Positions 39,039 to 50,168 of a DNA stretch of 64,000 bases are shown here, piece after piece. This stretch comes from Eledone cirrhosa. Its lineage: Eukaryota. The stretch covers positions 53,506,001-53,570,000 of the forward strand of contig OZ024744.1 in assembly GCA_964016885.1 (NCBI GenBank). The letters are read 5' to 3'. Below the pieces are notes generated by a model, which did not search any database, was not told the origin of the DNA, and saw nothing but the letters and a program-made list of their open reading frames with translations. The position numbers and the translations under genes are program-made. The first letter of the stretch is position 1. Each line of letters opens with the position of its first letter.

Positions 39039-40712
39039 TGCATTTATCTTGCTTTATGTTTATACGAGTTATCACCAAGTCACAACCAGTGACCTCAAGA
39101 GACAACAAGGTCCGCCATGTTCAAGAGAGAACATACATACTCACACATGCATCTTTAGGTGTTTAGACTTGTGATGTACTTATATTGACAGGATCTTCCT
39201 TAGTATATGGGCAGTTCCCATTAGTACTATCTTTTGTATTTCTCCTATACGCGGGTTTCCTGGGATTTGCGATAAGTAGTCGTTAGACCCCTTAGGTATC
39301 ATTCCCAGAGCGCCTACAACCACTGGTATTGTTTTAGTTCTCAATTTCCACATTTTTCCAATTTCTATCTCCAGGTCCTTATACTTGCTCAATTTTTCAA
39401 ATGTTTTTATAGATACATTCTTGTCTATTGGAACAGACATATCAATTAGCAGGCATACCCTCCTTTGAAAGTCCTTCAATATTATATCAGGTCTGTTTGC
39501 ATCTATTTTTCGGTCTGTTTGGATGCTAAAGTTCCACAAGATTGAGATGTGATCTTTTTCAAGTATGGGAGGTGGTTGATGCTCCCACCAATTCTTTTGA
39601 TGGGGCAGGTCAAAATGCTTACACATTATCCAATGTATGTATTGTGCAGCTCTGTCATGCCTGTTTAGGTATTCGGTTGGAGCTATAGGACTGCACATTG
39701 AAATTATATGGTCAATGGTCTCTGGTTGTTTTTTGCATACACGGCATAATGGGCTGCACCCATTTTTTATTATGTTGGCTTGGTAATTTTTTGTTGGCAG
39801 ACACTGATCTTGTGCGGATATAATCAGTCCTTCAGTCTCCGATTTCAGTCCAGAGGATGCCAACCACTGATGGGTTAAAGTTTTGTCATCATCAGGATTG
39901 TTAGCTCGCTCTGGGTATTTTCCATACAGAGGCTTTTCTTGCCATTTCTTAGCCAGTTTCTGTAGCAGTTCTTTCTTTGCAGTTACTTTTACCTGCTTTG
40001 CTTTTTCTGTGTTTTCCATTTCAGCAGTAAATGGGACTTCTGAAATTTGTAGTCCATTACTGTATCTTTGTGCATCTTTTGTAATGGAATATGATCTTTT
40101 GGTGCTTTCGTGTTTCAAAACGAGTTTGATCATCCAATCATGTGATTCCCTTAGATATGTGGATAATCCAATTGTTGCAGTTTTCAACGCAATGTCTAAC
40201 TGGATTAACCCACGTCCTCCTTCTTTCCTAGGGAGATATATTCTATCTATGTCTGCCTTAGGGTGATGCATTCTGTGCATGGTTAAGAATTTTCGGATTT
40301 TTGTATCGAGCCTACGGATCTCTGTGCTTGACCAGTTGATGACATTGTAATTGTAGGTTACTACTGGTATGGCAAGCGTGTTTATGGCATCGATCCTATT
40401 CCTTGCATTCAATTCCGTTCTTAAGATTGCTCTGACTCTGCGGTAACATTCCTTCCTTATCATTTCCCTCATTGTCGAGTGCTTGATTCCGTCTCCTTCA
40501 CAAACACCTAGATATTTGTAAGTTTGTTCTTGATCAAGCTCTCTTATCACGTTCCCCCGATCAAGATTAATGTCTGAACTCTTCAGCAGCTTTCCTCTGG
40601 TGAACGTTGCTTTGGCGCATTTATCCAGTCCAAACTCCATTTTAATGTCATCACTGAACTGCTTCACAGTGGATAATAGCCCTTGCAATTGTTCATCATT
40701 TTTTGCAAATAG

Positions 40713-40713
<1 letters not shown>
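39039..40713 (-). mobile_element. R4/Dong-type RLE LINE (family B), 5'-truncated, flanked by (TAA)n on both sides
   Basis: Uninterrupted ORF; (TTA)n at 38992-39038 and 40714-40768. Confidence 0.92.
39180..40688 (-). CDS. RT C-terminus, CCHC zinc knuckle and restriction-like endonuclease of an R4/Dong LINE (truncated, no native start)
   Basis: 502 aa open: MEFGLDKC, YKYLG, GGRGL, CRVC...ETIDHIISMC, RHD, NRPDII..LIDMSVP..EKLSKYKDL, IPVVVGALG. Confidence 0.88.
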   Translation of the reverse strand: MQGLLSTVKQFSDDIKMEFGLDKCAKATFTRGKLLKSSDINLDRGNVIRELDQEQTYKYLGVCEGDGIKHSTMREMIRKECYRRVRAILRTELNARNRIDAINTLAIPVVTYNYNVINWSSTEIRRLDTKIRKFLTMHRMHHPKADIDRIYLPRKEGGRGLIQLDIALKTATIGLSTYLRESHDWMIKLVLKHESTKRSYSITKDAQRYSNGLQISEVPFTAEMENTEKAKQVKVTAKKELLQKLAKKWQEKPLYGKYPERANNPDDDKTLTHQWLASSGLKSETEGLIISAQDQCLPTKNYQANIIKNGCSPLCRVCKKQPETIDHIISMCSPIAPTEYLNRHDRAAQYIHWIMCKHFDLPHQKNWWEHQPPPILEKDHISILWNFSIQTDRKIDANRPDIILKDFQRRVCLLIDMSVPIDKNVSIKTFEKLSKYKDLEIEIGKMWKLRTKTIPVVVGALGMIPKGSNDYLSQIPGNPRIGEIQKIVLMGTAHILRKILSI

Positions 40714-40769
<56 letters not shown>

Positions 40770-41417
40770 GGCGACCTACGTAGTAAATTGTATCATCATG
40801 AGCTCCGCAAAGGTTTGTTATTTCTGTTTGTTAAAAATTGCCATTTATGGAAAATTTTATTGTTAGCTGTTTATAAGCGCACATACATTTTTTTCCGTAA
40901 AGGACACCCAAAAAGATTGGGGCATTGTGTCCAAAATTTAAACTTTTATGATTATCAAAAAATTTCTTTGAAGAAAAAATGGCTAATTCACCTCTGCACC
41001 AAGCAGCTGAGAGCCTTCCTCACAAACTAACACCTCACACCGACACCACCATTGTAAATATTACTACGTTTGCCAACACAAAAAATTTAAGCAGTAGCAA
41101 TATTTTAAATTTGTCTCAGGCAGACATTCATTTCCCGCCATTGCCAATGACTGCAGGTGTTAAAGCCGCCACCACCACCACCACCGCGACAACCACCACC
41201 CCCACCACCACCGCGACACAGAAACAAAAGGAAAAAATAAATCAACTCGTGATGTCGAAATGTTTTCAACCAAAATGGACTCTTCCACACCGGACAGCAC
41301 TGACGTCACCACCACCACAATTGAAACTAAAATTAATAATAACAAAAATAACGATAACAGCAACAGCAACAATGACATTAAATAAACCACCCTGAGTTTT
41401 GCCAGAGTAGCAAAACA

Positions 41418-42932
41418 GTGCGAAGCATTTACGGTAACTCAGGAGGAATTAGAAAATGCCAAAAAAATGGTAAAGAAAGATGGGTACAGGTTCAGCCTCA
41501 CCCCCCACCTAATAAAATGGAGCATCGGCGCCTATGCACCGTGTCGTATCGAACAATTAATGTAAAATCGCGCCGAGTGGAACGGGCATCCGAATCCCAA
41601 ATCCAAAAAGCTTTGGGACATGTGTGGGCAAGAAAAACCCACATCAGACGTGGGCAGAAGTATGGAACCGTGGACGTGTTCTTTGAAACACCAGAGGAGA
41701 CTAGAGAACACTCCATGGCCCCATTAAAAAGTGACGACTTCACACTCGTCCCAAGCTATTGTGGCCAGAGACTCGTAAAAATCAGGGTGACCCACGTTCC
41801 ACCGGCCATCGAAATTCCCTGGCTAATAGCGGCTGTCCTCGCCGGCATCGAAGCCAACACAAAGATAATAGCAATAGCAAAAGAAAAGCAGGAGAACTGG
41901 TCAGTTTCTGGGATGGAGCTCCTGATCCAAGTGGACCAAAAAAACATTGAGGAGATCCCAGAGGTAATAGACCTCACTGACGGCAGCCACCTCACCGTAA
42001 TTGTCGAGGGCAGAAAGCTTAGGTGTGTCGTATGTGGTGAAAGAACCCATCTAAGGGCCTTCTGCCCTCAGGCTAAAAGGTTGTGGCCACCTCTCCTACC
42101 CACCCCAGTGACTCAACCATCAACACCACCAGTAGCAGAGATGGCAGCAACAACTGAAGCAGCAACAACAGAAGCAACTATAACAGCAACAACCCCAGCA
42201 ACAGTAGCAAAACCAACACCACCACCACCACCAGCAAAACCAACACCACCACCACCCAACGCTTCAGAACTAGCACCAGCGCCTACACCATCCACCACGC
42301 CACAACCAATACTAACGCATGTGGAGGATTTTCCACTCCCCGGCCTATCACAACTGGAGACAGATTGTGACGACGAGGAGTGGGAAACGGTATCAGGAAG
42401 AAAGAAAAAAAGACACCAAAAAAGAAAAAATACAGAGGGAAACAATAAATTAACAAACAAAAAAGTTAGGACAGATATGCCACCATCCACACCAGCATCA
42501 CCAACCCCATCACCCCAAACACCAACACCATCACTATCATTAACCCCAACACCACCATCACCTACACCACAAAAGTCACCAAAATGCGAAACAGAAACAA
42601 ACCCACAACAAACGCAAACAAAACAAAACAACCAAAACGATACACACTACACAGCATTAAATTTGAACAACAACCAATTATTACATTACATCCAACACAA
42701 TACCAGCATCACAGAAAAAGACTACACAACAACCCAAAAATTCATACCACCTCCACACATACAAATCACTCGCATCACACAGAAAACGTACATGACACTA
42801 AAACAAAAATTCCCCAAAGACATCGGAGACTTACGACAAGCACTCTCCAGGAGGATTTATAAGGACATCCTTCCTGAGGAGGCCACAAGCAGTGAAAAGG
42901 ATGGAAATCCGTCCTTCCTCTACGAGAAGTAA
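41418..42932 (+). CDS. Tx1/L1 ORF1p (RRM-like region, CCHC zinc knuckle, Pro/Thr linker, basic NLS-like stretch); true start probably upstream (~40979) across a lesion
   Basis: CVVCGERTHLRAFC fits CX2CX4HX4C; GRKKKRHQKRK. Confidence 0.8.
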   Translation: MRSIYGNSGGIRKCQKNGKERWVQVQPHPPPNKMEHRRLCTVSYRTINVKSRRVERASESQIQKALGHVWARKTHIRRGQKYGTVDVFFETPEETREHSMAPLKSDDFTLVPSYCGQRLVKIRVTHVPPAIEIPWLIAAVLAGIEANTKIIAIAKEKQENWSVSGMELLIQVDQKNIEEIPEVIDLTDGSHLTVIVEGRKLRCVVCGERTHLRAFCPQAKRLWPPLLPTPVTQPSTPPVAEMAATTEAATTEATITATTPATVAKPTPPPPPAKPTPPPPNASELAPAPTPSTTPQPILTHVEDFPLPGLSQLETDCDDEEWETVSGRKKKRHQKRKNTEGNNKLTNKKVRTDMPPSTPASPTPSPQTPTPSLSLTPTPPSPTPQKSPKCETETNPQQTQTKQNNQNDTHYTALNLNNNQLLHYIQHNTSITEKDYTTTQKFIPPPHIQITRITQKTYMTLKQKFPKDIGDLRQALSRRIYKDILPEEATSSEKDGNPSFLYEK

Positions 42933-42971
42933 GGTAAGTAGTCTTTCCCATCTTCTCCACTCCATTTCAAC

Positions 42972-45900
42972 ATGACCTCACTCAGAATAGGCAGCATAAA
43001 TGCGCGTGGCTTGGGGTCGTCATGGAAGCAGGGCCACCTGCTCAACGACCTCAGGTCACTAAACATAGATGTAGTGGCCATCAGCGAGACCAGAATCTCC
43101 GAAGTACGGGCCTTCGTACCGATCTTCGGCGGCTACGATGTGTACGCATCTCCCAGCCGTCCGGGATTGGGGGGTGGAGTTGCTGTGCTTTTTCGGAGAG
43201 GTTTGGATCTTGCCATACGGGCCATCTTCCTGGACCCAGAAGGTAAGTTGGTGGTGCTGGACGTGACCAGCGGAGACAGGCAAGCTTTCAGGTTAGTGGC
43301 CGTCTATGCTCCGACAGGAGCAGGGCGGCCTGATTTCTTCCGGCGTCTGGAGACCTTTCTTGGAACGTCCCGCTCTTTAGTGTTAGTGGGCGAGTGGAAC
43401 GGGATCTTAGATGCACGCTGGGACTGTGTGGGATTAGTGGATAGGGGAGGAGGGTGCAAGAGTCTCACCAACCAGCTCAGGCATTTTGAACTGTCTGACT
43501 GGTACCGATTGGATTTCCCGAATGTGCTAATGTGGACTTGGACAAATCGCATAGGGTCATCTAGATCATATCTAGATAGAGTATTTTGTAGGGAAATAGA
43601 TAGGTCTAGCATAGGTTGTCCACAAGTCAAGATAGTCAGCTACACGGACCACAAATTCGTGATCTGTGTGCTTGATTTAGATAGGCTTCATAGACGAGGA
43701 CCCGGCTACTGGAAGCTAAACGCGTCCTTACCATCGCGCAAGGCCTATAGAGACCGGATTAGCGAACTAGTTAAGCGGGCGTTGACGGGGGCCATCGTCA
43801 ACAACAAGTGGTGGTTTGCTCTGAAAAGAGCAATTAGAATAGAGTCCATTAGGTTTAGTAAGGCTTTAGCAATAGAGAAAAAATAGAGCAGAGGGAGAAT
43901 TAGTTAGAAAATTAGACGCAAAGGCATCGCGACCGACGTACTTGCGGCGAAATTGGCCCTTGACCAATTCTTCAATGCAAAGCACGAAGGTTGCGTTGTC
44001 AGAGCTAGGGTGCGTGCTCTCAGACACGAGGGGACGAAAGCCGTTCAATGGGCCCGAGTGGCGGAGGCGCGTCGTGGCAACAAAGCCACGATCCGGTGGA
44101 CCACGACGGGCGCATGCTACTCGATCCCGGGCAAATGTGTGAAGCTTTTCAGCGACACTTCGCTCAACTGTTCGGGGGCAGCGGCGGGCCGGATCGAGGA
44201 ATGGACTTTAGTGTCTACCTCGACGGACTGCCCCGGCTCTCGGCCACTGAGGCGGAGTGTTGCGAAAAGCCGATAACAACCGCTGAAGTAAGGGAGGCAA
44301 TGACTGACTGCACAAGGGGTAAATCGCCTGGTTTGGATGGTCTGCCCTATGAACTTTACGTACAAATGCCAGACTTGTTCGGAGGCCTCTTGACGGACGT
44401 CTACTGCAACTGGCAACAGAACGGGAGAATTCCCAGCTTTGTGAGCCGAGGAGCGGTGGCGCTGCTTAGAAAGGATCCGAACAAGGAGGATAACATAGAT
44501 AATTTTAGGCCCATAACTCTGCTAAACACAGAGTTCAAGATTTTGGCCAAGGTGCTAGCAAAGAGGTTGGCGCTTGTCGTTGGTGGTCTGGTGGGAGAGG
44601 CGCAGACGTGCACCATTCCCGACAGATCCATCCACGACAACCTCCTCCTCATGCGATACATTGTGGAGAGGGTAGCTAGGGAACCTGGCACGGGTGGGTC
44701 TTTGATAAATTTAGATCAGTCGAAAGCTTTCGATAGGGTCGACCATCGTTACCTAGCGGCAGTCCTGTGGGCGGCTGGCTTTGGGCCCGTCTTCAGAGGC
44801 TGGATCGCTGCCATGCACAGCGACATCTGCTCTGTGGTGAGAGTGAACGGTCACCTTTCGGAACCGTTCAACATCATGCGCTCGGTCCGCCAAGGATGTC
44901 CCCTCTCGTCCCTCTTGTACGTATTGACTCTCGAGCCATTACTGCACAAACTGGAGACGTTGAGGGGGGTCCCGCGCGAACTAGGATGCGGAAGATCCGT
45001 CTCAGCATATGCGGATGATGTCCCCGTAGTGGTGTCGAACGCCAAACACATCGAGGCGATCGGCATTACACTAAGAGAATACGAAGCGGTGACAGGAGTA
45101 ATGATCAACCAGGAAAAGTCAGTGGGCCTGCAGCTCGTCACCTGGAGAGGCAGGTCCATGCCGTCCAACAGCGTCGTCGGGCGCTGGACGGACGGACCGG
45201 TTAAATTGCTAGGGGTCTGGTTCGGTCCGGACCTCCAGACAGACAAAAGCGGGGACGAGGTGACGAGCAGGCTGGCTTCTCTCACCCAGAAATGGGCGGA
45301 GAGGAAGCTATCCCTGAAAGGTCGAGCGGAGGTGGCTAACGCGTACATCGTGTCCGTCATCTACTACCGCCTGACCGTCGTACCTTGCCCTAAGCTCTGC
45401 CTGACTGCGCTGGAGCGTTTGCTCTTTCGCTTTTTGTGGAAGGGACGCGCTCCGATGGTCAGGCGGTCCATCTGCTGTCAACACCCGCTACGTGGAGGGC
45501 TGGGCATGCCATGGCTGATGATGCGCAGACACGCACTCAGGCTACGACATCTCCACCTCTTCCTCGACGGTGATCAGGTGTGGTCGCCGTTTGCTAGACA
45601 CGTATTTCCCCAGCTCGTTTCCTTGACGGAGCTGCAGTCCTGGGTCAAGCGAAGACCGAGAGGGCGCCCCTGGAGACTGGAATGTCTTCAGGCGCTCACA
45701 CCCCTCGACCAATCGGGCAATGTGATCGGTGGAAACTCCACCTCGGCGTTCTATAGAGGATTAGTGGAGGGGAAGAGCGACGACGTACTTGGGGAAACTC
45801 TAGGCGTCGACGAAAATCAACTAGCCAACTCTTCGGAAGAACTTTCGGGCCGGGACCTATGGACAACTTCCAGAAATCTCTGGCCTGGCAGTGCTACCGA

Positions 45901-46374
45901 GGAGCCTTGCCAGTTCGGGATAAACTCTACAGGCATGGAGGTGCCGTCAGCCGGGCATGTCCGAGATGCGCGCAGGGCGACGAAACCGTCCTGCACGCAC
46001 TCGTCCAGTGTCCGAAAATTGCTGACTTGTGGGTTTATGTCGAACACCTACTGTCGCGTGTAGGACGGATCCGGATATCAGCTGAGTCCATCGTGAGGAT
46101 TTCCCCACCCTCTTCCTTTAGCCGGGAAGGGCAGGCAGTTTTTATCTGTCTGGTGGCCATGGCGAAAGAGATAGTATGGTGGACACGTTTGAAAGGGCTG
46201 AAGACGAGCACTTACGTCTTCGGTGATGCTCTGATTGACTTTTTCAAATTTCATTTGTAAAGGAACATCAGAGTAGAGAGGGAAGTGCTCTCTTCCCAGC
46301 ATTTTGTTGAAAGATGGGTGAGAGAAGCAAGAATGACCCGAGTGAATGGGCCTACTCTGAGTACGTATCTGTAA
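42972..46374 (+). pseudogene. Tx1/L1 ORF2 (APE endonuclease, reverse transcriptase, C-terminal Cys motif), frameshifted
   Basis: RIGSINARGL, DVVAISETR, YTDHK; NFRPITLLN, LDQSKAFDRVDH, RQGCPLS, AYADD; CPRC..ETVLHALVQC. Breaks near 43880, 44090 and 45830. Confidence 0.9.
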
Positions 46375-46627
46375 ATTAAAGGTGGAAAACTGGGAGAGGG
46401 CACTTGCCTTGGTGATCAGGGTCACTGTGACCTTTTACTGGGCTTTCTCCACAATGTCCCTCCGAAGTCTCCCACCTATTGGGGAATTTTTCATTGTTTT
46501 CTTTTGTTACATCTTCTGTTTTTTTTTTTTTACATGCAGAAATGCCCATTTGTACTGTCCTGTATTGTCCTGCACTGTCCTTAATGTCTACTTTATGTAA
46601 ACCCTTGTGGTTAATAAAGAAATCATT

Positions 46628-46843
46628 ATGTTGGCTCGGTAATTTTTGTTGGCAGACACTGATCTTGTGCTGATATAATCAGTCCTTCAGTCTCCAGAGG
46701 ATGCCAACCACTTATGGGTTAAAGTTTTGTCAACAACAGGATTGTTAGCTCTTTCTGGGTATTTTCCATATAGAGGCTTTTCTTGCCATTTCTTAGCCAG
46801 TTTCTGTAGCAGTTCTTTCTTTGCACTTACTTTTGTCTGCTTT
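46628..46843 (-). mobile_element. Internal fragment of the family B R4/Dong LINE
   Basis: Matches ~39772-39998 with a short deletion; ends in (TTA)n. Confidence 0.9.
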
Positions 46844-46862
46844 ATTATTATTAATATTATTA

Positions 46863-47298
46863 CTAGCCGAAAATCCACCCTTCGCGTGGTTTCCTGCTAA
46901 CCTGTGTAGTGTGCATATTGATATTATACGCAAGTATATATACATGTAGATATGATGCGTCAAATAAAATCATAATTGACAATATACACAGAAATTGAAC
47001 GAAGACTGCGTTACACTGTCTGTATGTAATCAGTAACGTAATCCATTGACGGAAATATATGACTGTTTATTTACGCGATCGCTAACCAGAATTGTTGACA
47101 TTTAAACATTATAAAGAAGTGAATCTTAAAATAAGCGACAAAATTATTCATATTTAATCAAGAATAACGAAATTTAGTAGATAAATTACGTAATATTCAT
47201 TCATTATTTATTCAAAGTAATCCAACTTATTTTACAAAAGGGATAAAAAATATATTCTGGACGCTGTCCCGCACTCCTCCCTTTTGTTATAGTTAAGA
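46863..47298 (-). mobile_element. Complete non-autonomous Helitron (436 bp) in (ATT)n
   Basis: Minus strand A|TCTTAACTATAACAAAAG ... CCACGCGAAGGGTGG hairpin-ATTTTCGG-CTAG|T; no TSD. Confidence 0.75.
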
Positions 47299-47595
47299 TT
47301 ATTATTATTATTATTATTGGTCAGTTCGGACATCTTTTTTGCTCACTCCCAGTAAGTCGCTTTATTTACCTGTTATAATTATTTGTTGTTAAATGGTTAT
47401 AGTTGTGTAAGAGATATAAGCCCTTGGACTTTGTCATGTGAAGGGGAAAGTATAATATTTGGGACTTTTGGCCCAAATTTTTGAACAATATTTAAACATT
47501 TTACTTTTGAAAAATTTATTTTTAAATGGCGGCGTCACGACCCCCAGCAATATGTCTGCTGTCATGTGACAACGGCGTAAAAGTTGAGAGGAGGG

Positions 47596-49955
47596 TTAGT
47601 GAAATTCAAGCAGGTTGTTTTGCGAGATGTTGGCGATGAGGCGGTTGAGCATGACCCAAGCCAGGACCTTCCCAGCGATGGACAGGAGAGAAATGTCCCG
47701 ATAGTTGCCACAGTCAGTTTTGCTGCCTTTGTTCTGAAAAAGCGAGACAACTGTGGCATCCCTGAAGTATTTGGGCACCTCTTCTTCCTCCCATATGCTG
47801 ACGAGGAGGGTGTGGAAGGCCTCCAGGGCAGCTGGACCGGCTGACTTGAAGATCTCGGCAGGAATCCCGCCCTTCCCAGGGGCTTTTCCTGAGCTAGTCT
47901 GGTTGATTGCCTTCGTGAATTCATCCAACGTGTGTGTGTGGGGGGGGGGTTCGAGGCTGCGACTACGGGCTTCTGTCGGACCTGGTGGAGGGCGGCAGGG
48001 ACGACAATGGTGGGCGTGTTGAGCAGGTTGCTGAAGTGCTCTCTCCAGCTCGAGTTGATGCTGCTCTTCTTCTTCTGCAGGGTCAACCCATCAGCAGACA
48101 GCAGCGGTGTGGTGACAGGCTTGGGGGGTCCGTAGACGTCTCCGATGGCGCTGAAGAACATCTTGGAGTTCTTTGTGTCAGCGTATCTCTCGACTTCTTC
48201 GGCCTTCTTTTCCCACCACTTCTCCAGCATTCTGCGTAACGCTGCTTGGGTCTACCTCTGGATAATTGAAGCGGTCGCGCTTCGAGGTGGAAAGCCCTCC
48301 TCTTCTCATCCAGGAGTTGTCTGATGCGGTCATCCTTTTCATCAAACCAGTCCTGGGGGTACTCTCTTCCTCGGCCCAATGGTTGCCTTGGCTGACTCTG
48401 TCACCAGCGACCTGAACTGGTCCCACTGTTGAGTTAGGGGTCCGGTCAGTTGTCCATGGCAGTTAGCCGGCCGTCCAGGTCTTCCGCGAACGCATCACGA
48501 TGCTGTTGCTGCTTGAGTCGTGCGACGTCGAAAGCTGGCCTACAGACTTTCGGAGCCTTGCGATGGGTCGGGGTGATGTGCAGTGACAGGATGGTCCTGA
48601 CAAGGCGATGGTCGGTCCAACACTCTGCACCACATTTTGACGTCACGGATGTCCCTCCTGCGGCATATGGCAAAGTCAATCAGATGCCACTGTTTGGATC
48701 TAGGGTGCATCCATGTCGTCTTGAACTTGTCTGCCTGGCTGAACAGTGTGCTGGTGATGATGAGGTAGTTCTCGGCGCAGAAACTCAACAGCTCAAGGGT
48801 CACACCATCACCTATGTGCCGTAAGGTCCCAGCACGTCTCTCTAGTTGCTGCTGTCAGACTTGACTCTTGTGTTGAAGTCCCCCAGTAGGATGAGTTTAT
48901 CGCTTGAGAGGACGCCCTTCACGAGTGCGTTGAGTTCCCCGTAGAAAGCGTTCTTTGCTTCATCGTTGCTGGTGAGAGTAGGCGTATTGCGCTGATGACT
49001 GTGACATGCCGAGATGGGTCGAGGGGGAAGCGCTCCTTCATCAGCCGCTCACTCACAGATATTGGGAGGTCTGGTAGCTGCTTGCAGAGCGAAGTCCTGA
49101 TGGCCAGGCCTACCCCGTGGATTCTGTCCTCGTCCTTTGCATTGCCCTTCCAGAAGAAGGTGTAGCCTCCTTTCGGTTCTGCTACTGATCCTTCTTCGGC
49201 GAGTCTAGTCTCGCTGAGAGCGGCTAAGTCGATCCGGTAGCGAGCTAATTCCCTTGCTATGAGGGCAGTTCTACTCTCTGGCCTCAAGGAGGTTTCCCTA
49301 TCCATGAGGGGGCACACATTCCATGCGACAAGAATCAAGTTCTCCTTTCTATTAAGTTGGTTTCGACCGCTTGGAATGGTAAAACCACTAGCAGCGGTAG
49401 ACTGGCAGGCTTTGTGTCGGACGAGCATTTGATTAGGGCTCGTTTTATCGCCCCTCCCCTCGTGCGAGGGTCAGCAGTGCTCCTATTAAAAGGAGTGCTC
49501 AGTCGCCCGGTGGAACGCCTGATCTCCTCGTCATCCCAGGGTCAGGAGGATAAAGACTTGCGCATCCAGGCCGACCAGGGACTTCTTTGGCTGCAGTGGA
49601 TGGCCACCACGTCTGTAGTGCCTTGTTGTCACCGCCTTCGTGACCGTTGGGACGATGTTGTGCTCCTCTACTCACTCCGCCGGATCCAGTCTTTGCATGC
49701 AAGGTCAGGCATCCCCTATCTAACTCACCGGCGGCGGGTTTCAGACCCGTCCGGCCACCCTCAACCTTGTTCGGCCCGCCAGCCATGGCGGTTTACCAGG
49801 GTGTAGCCGCTGTCGCATGCTACAGCGTCTTGGGGCCAGAGGTGAGAGCTGATTGTCAGGTGGGATCCAATGCAGGATGAGCTGTCCTGTAAAGGGCTTC
49901 GCTAGCCCCCCCCCCCCCCTACAGAGGTACATGCCCCTCCCTGACACCCCAGGCA
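47596..49955 (-). mobile_element. RTE (BovB-like) LINE 5' half: 5'UTR, APE and RT N-terminus, frameshifted
   Basis: VAWNV..RTALIARELARYRIDLAALSETRL..GYTFFWKG; TTWMHPRSKQWHLID; CWTDHRL; GKAPG..GIPAEIFK..CGNYRDISLLSIAGK. Confidence 0.92.
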
Positions 49956-50014
49956 TATACACACGTATATACATACACATACATATGTACATGTGTATAT
50001 ACATATTTACACGT

Positions 50015-50168
50015 TTATGGATGGCCGAGGACTCTAATCAGTTCTTCCGCCCATTGTCAGGTTTTTTTTTGTCTTGCAGGGTGTCCAAAATCAACCTCCT
50101 CACCAAGTAAATGTGATGGGGTTGCCAGTTAAGTCGCCGACGGCCCGACCATGCGACAGATTGTACAG
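50015..50168 (-). mobile_element. 5' part of the RTE-related non-autonomous element (as 12245-12400)
   Basis: GGATGGCC..GACTCT..CCTCCTCACCAAG..GGGGTTGCCAG..AGTCGCC.ACG.CCCGACCATG.GACAG.TTGTAC is shared. Confidence 0.7.

Larger units (their letters stand above)
40770..46627 (+). mobile_element. Near full-length L1/Tx1-clade LINE
   Basis: 5'UTR, ORF1, APE-RT-C-terminal ORF2 with few frameshifts, 3'UTR ending AATAAAGAAATC(ATT); begins directly after (TTA)n. Confidence 0.93.

Noticed and set aside
47320-47595. YY1-like AAATGGCGGC as a host promoter
   Set aside because: Wedged between mobile elements and may be an L1/Tx1-type 5'UTR remnant; no supporting exon.
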